Shown here piece after piece: positions 23,501-24,224 of a stretch of DNA of 24,224 nt (its first letter is position 1; each line of letters starts with the position of its first letter). Source of the stretch: an uncultured bacterium (GTDB lineage Bacteria; UBA8481); the NCBI GenBank assembly GCA_964499705.1, contig CAZCME010000019.1, forward strand, positions 62,001 to 86,224. Direction: 5' to 3'. Position numbers and translations under genes: made by a program. The notes under the pieces were generated by a model, which did not search any database, had not been told where the DNA came from, and worked only from the letters and a program-made list of their open reading frames with translations.

Positions 23501-24093
23501 TAGATCTTCCCGGCCACGACCGCGACGCCGAATTGCGTCAACGGATAGGGAAGCGCGGGACCGACTCTCCATTGCGAATCCGTTCCCAGCCGGAAGACCT
23601 CGACGCTGTCGCAGGCCGTGAAAGATGCGTCGTATCCGCCGATGACGTAGAGCGTGTCACCGAGAACGGCCATGCCGTGGTTGTTCCTGGGCGTCAGGAG
23701 CGGCGGGAGCGTATACCAGGAATCCGTGAGGCGATACCAGGCGCTGACATATCCGACGGTCGAGCTTGAAAAAGTCTCGCCCCCCGAGACGAAGAAGGTG
23801 TCGCCGTACCAGGCGCCTGCTGTCCCGACGCGGGGGATCGGAATGTTCTGAAGAGCCTGAGCTGTCGAGAGTCCGTATCTCGTGAACGTTCGCGAGTCGT
23901 CGGTCGAGGTTCGGGCGCCCACGATGTAGATCGAATCGTCGAAGACGGCGAAGGCTCCGCCATCGCGCGCAGGGGAGATAGCGGCTCCGGTTTCCCATAT
24001 GACGGCGGCGGATGCGGGCGGAGGTGCGAAGAGGATGAAAAAGAGCGCGCAGAAGTAACCTGCATGCCTACAAATCCGTTTCTTATGACTCAA
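1..24093 (-). CDS. Giant secreted/surface multidomain protein (>=8,031 aa, C-terminus beyond the window): Kelch propeller + 12 x [right-handed parallel beta-helix + FN3] + DxNxN-loop beta domains + tandem FN3-like domains; probable adhesin or glycan-interacting surface protein
   Basis: Manual translation begins MSHKKRICRHAGYFCALFFILFAPPPASAAVIWETG at TTG 24093 and is in the same frame at the left edge (...PAILAPRNGTSTTVTTPSFRVAAVADTGPDTTVRYVFQAS). All segments I decoded in between are coherent protein in this frame. I found no minus-strand ORF in this frame in the track, which is what is expected if there is no in-frame stop. The nearest upstream in-frame stop is TGA at 24193-24195. An alternative in-frame TTG exists at 24120. 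Confidence 0.95.
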   Translation of the reverse strand, partial: MSHKKRICRHAGYFCALFFILFAPPPASAAVIWETGAAISPARDGGAFAVFDDSIYIVGARTSTDDSRTFTRYGLSTAQALQNIPIPRVGTAGAWYGDTFFVSGGETFSSSTVGYVSAWYRLTDSWYTLPPLLTPRNNHGMAVLGDTLYVIGGYDASFTACDSVEVFRLGTDSQWRVGPALPYPLTQFGVAVVAGKIYVGGGADAAGNETRSLRSFNPATGAWTLKTNMTTFRQGLLFITSGDSIYTIGGSRLGTETSTVTIFNVISNTWTPEFSLPTARMFPVGGRIGDSLVVIGGGDGVGAQTSRYLLWNAVQQETPDTTGQNVWYVNDTSTAGDSYTSAPGADTNVGYFRSSPFRTLNFLEGKLSAGDTIFVDSGIFIENDTFRIDTSGIFLVGVDSRSTRIQFDQSGGGPARAIYAQNVAGLTLRDFSVGNGFRGLWFENVDASTVRNVRADTNADHGIGLTTNSDANLFLNVASSGNGANGVIINASSNNTFNGGSITGNTAFGVQLAASGSNNFANLRLHANSGAAFVMSTSTSNVFTGNTVEDNFNTAFSVSSTSDNNSFRSNIIRRNYGEGFYVGSSSGNYFAQNQVDSNDGWAVNIDIGSTSDTFEKNIILPPSYRPDSGVYHAGVARIAATRNWWGTTDSSIIRGRITPPAARDSIVYTPYRLGVVDTVSGGDTVAPKAPDTVTASGASATTVQVAWSNVSASEEPEASVSLQGFAIYRSNAADSTFWELRGRTGNTNSYTDSSLTAGVTHFYRVAAFDATVTENQSFYSDSIPSAAAGGLTADTSAPPGVTGQYDTLVLNILDSNNSVHFGQSSADTLSLTVCAPDFRETWLVKIPFSDTGNIVRVRRVTDATFGASDTSRIRGYSYGAPWRLEVTVFDSTGAKRPDTYWNFGESPTLTFEFKNTGLNPNRTGLFWLNTGDSDWYDVTQSDSGMSAASYIRTADSFSIAINHFSHFFPGEGQVDTVTVVIADTIPSVTVGQGVPSVTVMALYILADTAAGGDTLTRFTLASDGNLDTNDILAVRLARDANANLRFDLGVDTFVSLLYGDTLDPRRWDTFAAAIPIGANGDTFLIAVDFAPNATNKDTFQARIPAFVIDSFDEETGPTSARQNAGVITVIDTAIPNVWYVNDTSTSGDSFTSAVGLSGNYGLSGSSPKRYLNDVEPFLTAGDTVYVDGGFFYESDTFSIDTDGIFVIGMDSASTVIRFDLNTAAAARTIYCTGISSITIRDLEISNSRNGLLLRNVDSATIERIRIDTSSSVGMEFSTGSDNNTVRYILIYAPGNNGLSVTGDSSLFEEIVINNATTHGVLLQGGSNDNVFRRVFVSQSANNGFFISGPGNRFIGNTAANAGIYGFNITTSNNYFAQNTIYGSGDYAIRLGSGGADTFEKNNILPSATPESGVWNQAGSPFQFTRNWWGTTDSAVIAARINSAVDGVPFAPFRLDIVDTSIGADTVAPKAPDTVAAKAFSPTGVRVTWKSVTLSEEPESATAVAGFRVYRSNAIDSNYWMLRGATGVADNFIDSGVGPNETHYYRVSTLDGATFVNASFFSDSIMSATTPFSHAGANAWFVNDSSLAGDTFTGAIGDSWNHGQHPSYPKSSLNEIEGLLSEGDTVYIDSGTCQLTDTVSIDTNGILLLGVDSTSTVLQFDSTAASALRALYASNRNGLVFRDFRVTGGRMGIWLSATDSSLFERIRSNAHGLYGFYIDNSSGDGSDSNAFLQNLATGNSTGWLLNASQRNILAGNKSAGNAGGGFDVNSSSHRNTFIENISTGNGSSGFAITASNNEALLQNSSFLNSGGGFAFSSSFHDTIISNTASGNSGIGFSFSTSSNNRVYQNTVDSSANWAFSLSGTSNSDTFHKNVIIPSIYSSYADSGVYCITTSNARFDFSRNWWSTSDSATIRNRIWPANTRDSVLYHPFRLGIVDTAPLADTVAPRAPDSVSAHTCDPNTIRVTWDAVVASEETESSVDLSGYRIYRAPTSDTSSWVLRGTVSAATLLYDDSNVPNNSAFFYRVASFDNHSPCENQSFYSDSIPSDTTTTDTMGPNVWYLNDGSTSGDSFTTVAGDTTLSGLARDCPKLYWNQIEPFLTQGDSVFIDAGTYFEPDTFRIDTINISVIGVDSNSTTIDFDDTSVLGSRGLYFNSVFGCTLQNLAVRDAARGVWLLNTTNCNIDGVRLSNCGSIGASVTLMISGGASNNTVNNCEITSNVGIGLDIGNANNNTVRNSISSRNTNHGFSQGTSTGNTWINNKSLFNQQCGFNFSNNSDNNFIYRNLAGNNQAHGFNITNTSTGNILDANVADSNVQYAFALGSLCNNDAFRKNIIVTSPQNPDSGVYNPTANTFDFTRNWWGTTDSSLIRKKLGGTGQDKILYVPFRLGTVDSAGVDTVAPKAPDSVSAKPSSPNTARIFWNAVTTSEESEALGPSLSAYRVYRSNMLDSTFWVYRGQITVGTTVFTDSGLAPQETAFYRISSVDGQSIENQSFFSDSAPFVVTPVAHTGANFWFVNDTDLSGDSYTGAMGDSYNYGQSLAFPKRSLNDLEGLVSEGDTILIDSGIYYATDTITFETNAFWLLGVDSASTVIDFNDTTVPSNRFLHCSGVNGITIRDLRVRAGVVGITWTNVDSSSLLRVATVANKDNGFSLRVGSDFNTVTNCLGEAATNGNGFSIDGSSGNQISGSTMRNNWLSGFILGSLGFGAENVLSDNIAIGNGSTGFFFNNASASRMVRNSVTSNGTIGFRLLSSSNNIFEQNTSDSNATWAVSIEGSSTTDTFHKNNFAGSIANPDSVLFSSPANPQDLRRNWWGTSDSGSLRAKIWPAARRDSIAYHPFRLGIVDTALFADTVAPRAPDTVATFTLGSSSIRITWATVTSSEETESSVALAGYRVYRSNMADSTGWILRGGTPGVQMLDDTGLSPNQTFFYRVTTFDNIAPFENQSFYSDSIVSGTSLQDTLGPNAWYVNDTSTSGDSFTSAVGNSANSGQLPSQPKRTLNDIEPFLTTGDTVYIDGGFYYEPDTFRIDTSSIWIIGMDSITTVISFNNTTASAYRGIFTANVSRLTFRDLRITSGYNGIFFNGGVESATIERVRSDNHGLDGFLISGGLDNTIRNTMSDLNASYGYYLSGIVQQSFLGNISRQNGYRGIATELGADTCTFADNRSEGNTDDGFLVDGARGCLFIRNRSYNNANYGFELSNATDNLFTQNTIDSNGVWGILLGGTTARDTFQKNNFVSGIVQPESFVVNFTTRSFDFQRNWWGTTDSSVIRNRIEPAARDSITYHSFRLGAVDTNPTVDSVAPNAPDTVAARALSPTQIRVTWKTSAGSESPETATIVSTYYVYRSNTPDSTFWERRGAMNGDAYIDSGIAPLDTWYYRVTATDGSGTFDNQSFFSDSIPGDRTPASHAGANVWYVNDTSTAGDSFTSAVGDTWNHGQALDRPKRGLNELEGLLTEGDTVYIDSGVYYPTDTITVETNSIWLIGADSRSTIITFDNTTTAGMRAIYATNLTNLTFKDFTVRTGRYGILWNNVDLSRCERVLSDSHSFVGFGLESGSDTNQLVDNTTSGNGQVGFNLDASSNNTLSTNVSSGNNNLGIQLTNNSNGNMLISNRSFGNTWYGIQLNATSNNNTLASNSSSGNGNLGIVIANSSGNILTSNTSSANSSNGIHLSGSSSNTLTGNISSGNGGIGVNLSGSSGNTVSQNTVDSNASWGIVIDGSSTADTFRKNYWRGQPSGPAADSAVRIDAIGTFDMTRNWWNTSDSGVIRLRIYPPSRDSALYHPFRLGIVDTSLLADTVAPRAPDTVAALGQTATTIQVTWSAVTSSEESETAVGLAGYRVYRSTSPDSTAWELRGTTASTTLTDSGLSQGLTRYYRVTAFDNIAPFENQSFYSDSIAAGTTTIDTLFPNVWYVNDTSTSGDSFTSAIGNSANTGLSIAFPKRTLNDIEPFLTEGDTIYIDGGFYYEPDTFRIDTNSIWVLGMDSTSTEIKFNSITVGQYRCVFADTQTNLTIRDLRIRSGYVGIDWCNVDSSVIERVRTDAHGSDGIYIHSNSSWNTFASNRSESNAGSGFWIVTSDTNAITENLCVANAQGGIVFAGSRGNTLIANRAILNIGSGFHQNASGAINCENNFFRGNLADRNSGHGFNLDPAYSSIFDGDTAVQNGQNGFRLNFASNNRITGIVSRDNLGHGIEHSSSADNYVATSTFDSNTGYAVNLVSASSETYVKNMIASSPAYPDSGVRNATGNRFDFTRNRWIWNGLGVDDSGVIRNMIWGSTRDSVTYIPFRLGTIDTALLADTVAPRAPDTVTVAAFGVNFLRVTWSTVSASEEAETSVGLNGYKVYRSATRDTTFWLLRGAIPSGTNTYDDSGLGASTAFFYRVTAFDNHAPFENQSFFSDSIPADTTSLDTSGPNVWYVNDTSTAGDSFTAAIGSSSNSGLSISSPKRTLNDVEPFLTMGDTVYVDSGVYYEADTFRIEANSVWIIGADSLNTIIDFVDSSFTAFRMIYAINKSGITLRDLQVTHGYRGVWWLNVDTSTIQRVKASTNNENAVYLDAGSESNTLTGNHATSGSSSGAKGFVVAANFNTLSNNLADLNKGAGFRYDGSFGMLLDNRSESNTQQGYYFNAARRNEIAGNIATGNAQENYVFNNSSDTNRIHGNIARNNGLSGFQIFNSSFNVLSQNTIDSPGTWAFEVIGISSITTGDSFNKNIVIPSPYRPDSGVYNSIGNRFDFQRNWWGTTDSAAIRRKLGGTKPDSISYVPFRLGLVDTAPLADTVAPRAPDTVAVLGVGPAIIRVTWSSVSASEESETTIDLSGYRVYRAPNRDTSSWLLRGAVGTGTTTYDDSGLSAQQGFYYRVTAFDNHAPYENQSFFSDSIPSDSTTPDSSGPNVWYVNDTSTTGDSYTSAIGNDANHGLLRSAPKRTITSVMNQLTIGDTVYIDAGTYAETVVIDTNHIHLRGVDSNLTVIDPPGPAATGGLYAVFADSQVGLDIRDLGLTGAFNGVRWINVDSSWIRMDSVTACGDKGIYLSDGCDTNLLNLNIASSNLVNGIYLGAGVDNILNANTVRQNTNDGIVAFVGADRTIITSNVVAGNLWSGIALYGIGNVARQNLVSNNLAHGVYLNTATNNLVVSNLVDSNRQYQVFITGPTSGDTVQKNNMRTSPAFPESGVFNGSTVAGVMFSFIRNAWNTQDSGNVRNMIWGSARDSVVYLPFRFGIVDTTINGDSVAPRAPDTVAVAAFGPNTLRVTWSSVTTSEEPESSVNLTFYRIYRAPNRDTTLWLLRGAVGAGALSYDDSGIGMLTGYYYRVTAADNSGIQNQSFFSDSIPSDTTTLDTTVPNIWYVNDTATTGDGFTSATGSSSNNGLAPSSPLRTLNDVEPFLTEGDTILLDAGDYYEPDTFRIDTNCIWIVGRGADSTIISFGDNTVSGQKAIFAVNRSYLTFKDFRVTAGRYGISWANVDSSQLNSIQVDGAGLYGFWLTNGSNNNALSACTSALNGNAGMVIQSSNGNTIFLSAFVQNGNAGLYFTGSSGCTVAGIATCTNAGAGLELNNSTGNAITGSLSYGNSSHGFLIGSSSNGNTFDSDTSSQNGGAGFELASSNNNILVRNYAQRQGHGYELTTGSNGNRLSHNIASNNSISGFHLSSDSNNTLTQNQCDSNAWAFRFIGSSANDTVTKNNIHPPAALPDSGVINLTANSVRMTRNWWSTRDTGAIGARIWGSGRAFVQHTPFRFGPADTAIASDSVAPRAPDTVTAAGVGPSTIRVMWGTVTASEEAEGTTNLAGYRVYHSPTADTPLWTLLGQTASPTFDDTTLAASQTRHYRVTSFDSSAIENQSYLSDSIAIAMTTGDTSGPNVWYVNDTSISGDSWTTATGNDFYFGLTPATPKRTIAAVMNQLSTGDTVYIDAGLYTETIVIDTNSIWLIGKDSLVTVIDPPGSNIGIYADTQTSISIQFLGVRGATTGIQFRNISTFTLQSDSVSYNSSNGIDVTDSSTGGLITGCYTRNNTLTGIRIGVGNSHLVFSNTAQSNSTGISALTSADSITIRQNQLLGNSAGLSIAANRSSILESNAFAQVNSTGISANGARSLVIRNNSCDSTGSNNMDLIGCTDVVIFGNTFNFANTHGLDVRGAAESILIRGNQFRSNRRAGLKLSAGNSITVEQNDFQGNDTGVLVRSSVGSMLLISKNNFHFDTHQFENETGGARNVVRNWWGTIDSAAIRGSFYGAGAESITFLPYRLGIVDTAASADTTAPDGPDTVAAFGFTESSILITWSAVTSIEESNGGAIGLSGYRAYSSRIRDTSLWILRGAVGPATLAFVDSGLGIFETYFYRVTAFDAAARENQSFFSDSISAAQTPDSTPPSVPVLMAPSSLLDTNLLPIPFSWSSSSDSSGIQGYRLQVDTSGAFASPFVDSFILFTNASLTLTANDSYFWRIIAVDSANNTAISANRFFRVDTTLPAASLQVSPADGANTSAIAIAFTWTASADSISGLLGYKLQIDSTGLFSSLVVDSFTTATTLAETLPPGDTYYWRVLAIDSAQNVNTFGTRSFRIDTASAVAPANIAVHPSLPAGANINPVGVDLTALISVSVVGDTADMLQMFTVDLEGNAGAMNRTESVFLYRDANRNATLDTSVDTVLASYPFITGQTYRFGLGWMIGSGDSFIVAARFRDTTPVGETVRASVPALGIKTGNRDTSPSVSISAPGLFTISYVASTIVSVDQATPANGSITAVDTDRTVVMALSIGGAATGDTLTQFHVRLAGNAGAASVVDSIALYKDGNENGTYEAGLDTIAALLPLVSGTTFGSSSLSATLPDFKSGFDSFLVLVTLRDTATPGDTLRATIPSGMVKTQLRETAPAADASSPATFTVAAAFTTLAVDPLKPAGASISPSGTDLTAVMAMTIAGASNDSLTVLSVAFNGNAGQAAQLDTVFLYRDADRSATLTAGDTALATLTLSASAWRLTSPWALGSTGLDSFLIVVSIRDTVPGSDTLRAYIPANAVKTTNRETVPSSATYAPATFLTESGVSTIVRILVNANTLSETISPLNVDLSRVMSLTIAGGAGDTLQNFGVTLNGNAGAASRLEYILLYRDLNKNGNFDSGAEQYISGLINTSGQTYKINFLGCTLGVTGADSFLVVLSYRDTATSGETVHAKIPAGSCTTSLKTGGPAIAFAAPAAFTIFDLNPPNPFTLLSPAANHDTSTTAVNLRWNASSDGGSGLSAYKAQVSRFANFSTLVADTSTGLSRSLTPLLSPASGGVDSFYWRIQAYDANGNSKASTDTGFFRLDLIAPSKPASSQPPANHDTIATAVGFAWSAATDTFSGLKQYRLQFASDAAFASITIDSTVGLNLAASRTLAASATYYWRVLAEDTAGNTAASDSKRLTIIGAGPTAPTLLAPEDRVETRSTTFTFSWSASTDSFSTIAGYRLQIDTSSSFTSPAIDSANGLATSTTRTLNANATYYWRILVTNAASLTTNSSSRILSTDTICTVALFSPPDATTTSDSRPVFLWLSNMTGVHKDTFTFQLATDTIVPTIVLASTQKATSFQPGATLAGNTYYWRVIAADTAGNSDTSNWRSVTIDTGGVIVDTSPPSSFSLMEPGNNSYTNVASVTFQWALTTDTPSGVSQYRIQVDDDSAFASMLHDTTVASSIDTKSLPLPANAVLYWRVIAIDGSSNQTLSQTTRAVITDTVPPAAPSPLIRPTSGEDTSVGTVAFRFTASSDSGTGASVSGLRRYIVQVDTSGTFSSPVLTGEGTSATIVVAGFSQNTWYWRVVAEDTAGNTTASVFDTFQIISVPPSVPVPVSPISGQFVGDTTISFDWTDAANLGAPLKRYILHASADSTFATIPISTATADTTSASSGAGFSAGTWYWRVAAEDTLGNVSSFSGVANFTLETSPPPKPSFTAPVANLIARPGPTTFSWVASGSLPASGLNGYNLRISTLLDSTVADTSFITSATSYSASINNFAETTYITRVRARSNAGTFGSWSDTIAIRFDSTPPPAPAILAPRNGTSTTVTTPSFRVAAVADTGPDTTVRYVFQAS
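2581..4450 (-). repeat. Four tandem ~150-160-aa beta-rich domains with a LY(R/K)DxNxN(G/A) putative Ca2+-binding loop
   Basis: Copies at about 3994-4450, 3514-3993, 3058-3513 and 2581-3057 share D(T/S/M)L....V...GNAG, then LYRDANRNAT / LYKDGNENGT / LYRDADRSAT / LYRDLNKNGN, then DSF(L/I)(V/I), RDT, and T(L/V)xAx(I/V)P. Confidence 0.8.
4459..5055 (-). repeat. Two tandem FN3-like 'Y(Y/F)WR' domains
   Basis: DSTPPSVPVLMAP...FSWSSSSD...GYRLQVD...SYFWRIIAVDSANN and SPADGA...FTWTASAD...GYKLQID...TYYWRVLAID. Confidence 0.8.
5056..6564 (-). repeat. Module 12 (subtype C): beta-helix + FN3
   Basis: GPNVWYVND...PKRTIAAVMNQLSTGDT...ETIVIDT...TVIDPPG; RNWWGTID; DTTAPDGPDTV; NQSFFSDS. Confidence 0.85.
6565..8106 (-). 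repeat. Module 11 (subtype A): beta-helix + FN3
   Basis: PNIWYVND...PLRTLNDVEPFLTEGDT; RNWWSTRD; DSVAPRAPDTV; NQSYLSDS. Confidence 0.85.
8107..9453 (-). repeat. Module 10 (subtype C): beta-helix + FN3
   Basis: GPNVWYVND...PKRTITSVMNQLTIGDT...ETVVIDT...TVIDPPG; RNAWNTQD; DSVAPRAPDTV; NQSFFSDS. Confidence 0.85.
9454..10881 (-). repeat. Module 9 (subtype A): beta-helix + FN3
   Basis: GPNVWYVND...PKRTLNDVEPFLTMGDT; RNWWGTTD; DTVAPRAPDTV; NQSFFSDS. Confidence 0.85.
10882..12390 (-). repeat. Module 8 (subtype A): beta-helix + FN3
   Basis: FPNVWYVND...PKRTLNDIEPFLTEGDT; variant cap DFTRNRWIWNG; DTVAPRAPDTV; NQSFFSDS. Confidence 0.85.
12391..13884 (-). repeat. Module 7 (subtype B): beta-helix + FN3
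   Basis: SHAGANVWYVND...GDTWNHGQ...LNELEGLLTEGDT; RNWWNTSD; DTVAPRAPDTV; NQSFYSDS. Confidence 0.85.
13885..15219 (-). repeat. Module 6 (subtype A): beta-helix + FN3
   Basis: GPNAWYVND...PKRTLNDIEPFLTTGDT; RNWWGTTD; DSVAPNAPDTV; NQSFFSDS. Confidence 0.85.
15220..16581 (-). repeat. Module 5 (subtype B): beta-helix + FN3
   Basis: AHTGANFWFVND...GDSYNYGQ...LNDLEGLVSEGDT; RNWWGTSD; DTVAPRAPDTV; NQSFYSDS. Confidence 0.85.
16582..17934 (-). repeat. Module 4 (subtype A): beta-helix + FN3
   Basis: GPNVWYLND...WNQIEPFLTQGDS; RNWWGTTD; DTVAPKAPDS; NQSFFSDS. Confidence 0.85.
17935..19380 (-). repeat. Module 3 (subtype B): beta-helix + FN3
   Basis: SHAGANAWFVND...GDSWNHGQ...LNEIEGLLSEGDT; RNWWSTSD; DTVAPRAPDS; NQSFYSDS. 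Confidence 0.85.
19381..20691 (-). repeat. Module 2 (subtype A): beta-helix + FN3
   Basis: PNVWYVND...LNDVEPFLTAGDTVYVDGG; RNWWGTTD; DTVAPKAPDTV; FFSDS. Confidence 0.85.
20695..21180 (-). repeat. DxNxN-loop beta-sandwich-like domain, isolated copy
   Basis: VMALYI...GDTLTRFTL...VRLARDANANLRFDLGVD...GDTFLIAV...DTFQARIPA has the same motif order as the four tandem copies at 2581-4450. Confidence 0.7.
21181..21720 (-). other. Single-copy ~180-aa domain ending in an HFS motif (GPS/GAIN- or ZU5/Nup98-like autoproteolysis candidate)
   Basis: ...SPTLTFEFKNTGLNPNRTGLFWLNTGDSDWYDV...SFSIAINHFSHFFPG. Codons: H 21205-21207, F 21202-21204, S 21199-21201. Confidence 0.6.
21739..23127 (-). repeat. Module 1: parallel beta-helix (PbH1/NosD-like) + FN3
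   Basis: NVWYVNDTSTAGDSYT cap; Asn/Gly-rich ~22-aa rungs (SSNNTF...GN...G); RNWWGTTDS; PYRLGVVDT...DTVAPKAPDTV; FN3 signature VQVAW...AIYRS...YTDSSL...FYRVAAFD...NQSFYSDS. Confidence 0.85.
23131..24003 (-). other. Kelch-repeat beta-propeller (6 blades)
   Basis: Six repeats with the Kelch pattern (PR...hhhhGG...W): SPARDGGAFAVFDDSIYIVGA, IPRVGTAGAWYGDTFFVSGGE, LTPRNNHGMAVLGDTLYVIGGY, LPYPLTQFGVAVVAGKIYVGGG, MTTFRQGLLFITSGDSIYTIGGS, LPTARMFPVGGRIGDSLVVIGGG. Confidence 0.88.
24007..24093 (-). other. Sec/SPI-type signal peptide (residues 1-29)
   Basis: MSHKKRICRH (basic n-region), AGYFCALFFILF (hydrophobic h-region), APPPASA|AVIW (A-x-A cleavage site). No lipobox at the predicted cleavage site. 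Confidence 0.8.
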
Positions 24094-24200
24094 ATCCAGC
24101 GCCAGAACTCCGTGAGACAAGTATATTTTTATGTCAGTTTGAAAGCTAATGAATTGCAAGGGTAATTCGGTCTCATTTTTTACCGTGAAAAATCACATTT
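24094..24200 (-). promoter_or_regulatory. AT-rich upstream region with a candidate sigma70-type -10 box (TATACT, 24120-24125) and weak RBS (GGAG, 24108-24111)
   Basis: GC drops sharply relative to the CDS. TATACT lies 26 nt upstream of the TTG at 24093. GGAG is 14 nt from the start, longer than typical. No convincing -35 at 17-bp spacing (TAGCTT). Confidence 0.45.
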
Positions 24201-24224
24201 TCAGGGAGAGAGGCGGGGAAGTCT

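Noticed and set aside
78-24065. Short minus-strand ORFs in the track, including 23694-24065 starting at ATG 24065
   Set aside because: They are out of frame with the domain-coding frame and give Arg/Ser/Pro-rich low-complexity translations. The signal peptide and Kelch repeats are in the TTG-24093 frame.
24049-24072. Lipoprotein signal (Cys8, Cys15)
   Set aside because: The cysteines lie before or within the hydrophobic stretch, not in a lipobox after it, and an A-S-A SPI site follows.
24118-24120. Alternative in-frame TTG start at 24120
   Set aside because: It has no upstream RBS and overlaps the candidate -10 box, while 24093 gives a canonical signal peptide. Not fully excluded.
24154-24159. 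TTGCAA as a -35 element
   Set aside because: It is 28 nt from the TATACT -10, far outside the 16-18-nt spacing.

Overview
The window is almost entirely one giant minus-strand gene that the ORF track misses because its stop codon lies beyond the window's left edge. The frame with codons ending on multiples of 3 reads as coherent protein from a probable TTG start at 24093 to position 1, giving at least 8,031 codons. Predicted order from the N-terminus: Sec signal peptide; 6-blade Kelch beta-propeller; one [parallel beta-helix + FN3] module; a ~180-aa domain ending in INHFSHF (HFS autoproteolysis-like motif); one ~160-aa DxNxN-loop beta domain; eleven more [beta-helix + FN3] modules with a higher-order subtype order (AB)3-A-(AC)2; two FN3-like domains; four more DxNxN-loop domains; and at least nine FN3-like 'YWRV' domains running off the edge. 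The protein is very rich in Asp-Ser/Thr dipeptides. An AT-rich promoter-like region occupies the last ~130 bp. The ORFs in the supplied track look like shadow frames of this GC-rich gene. Domain calls come from manual translation and motif recognition, not database searches, and boundaries are approximate.
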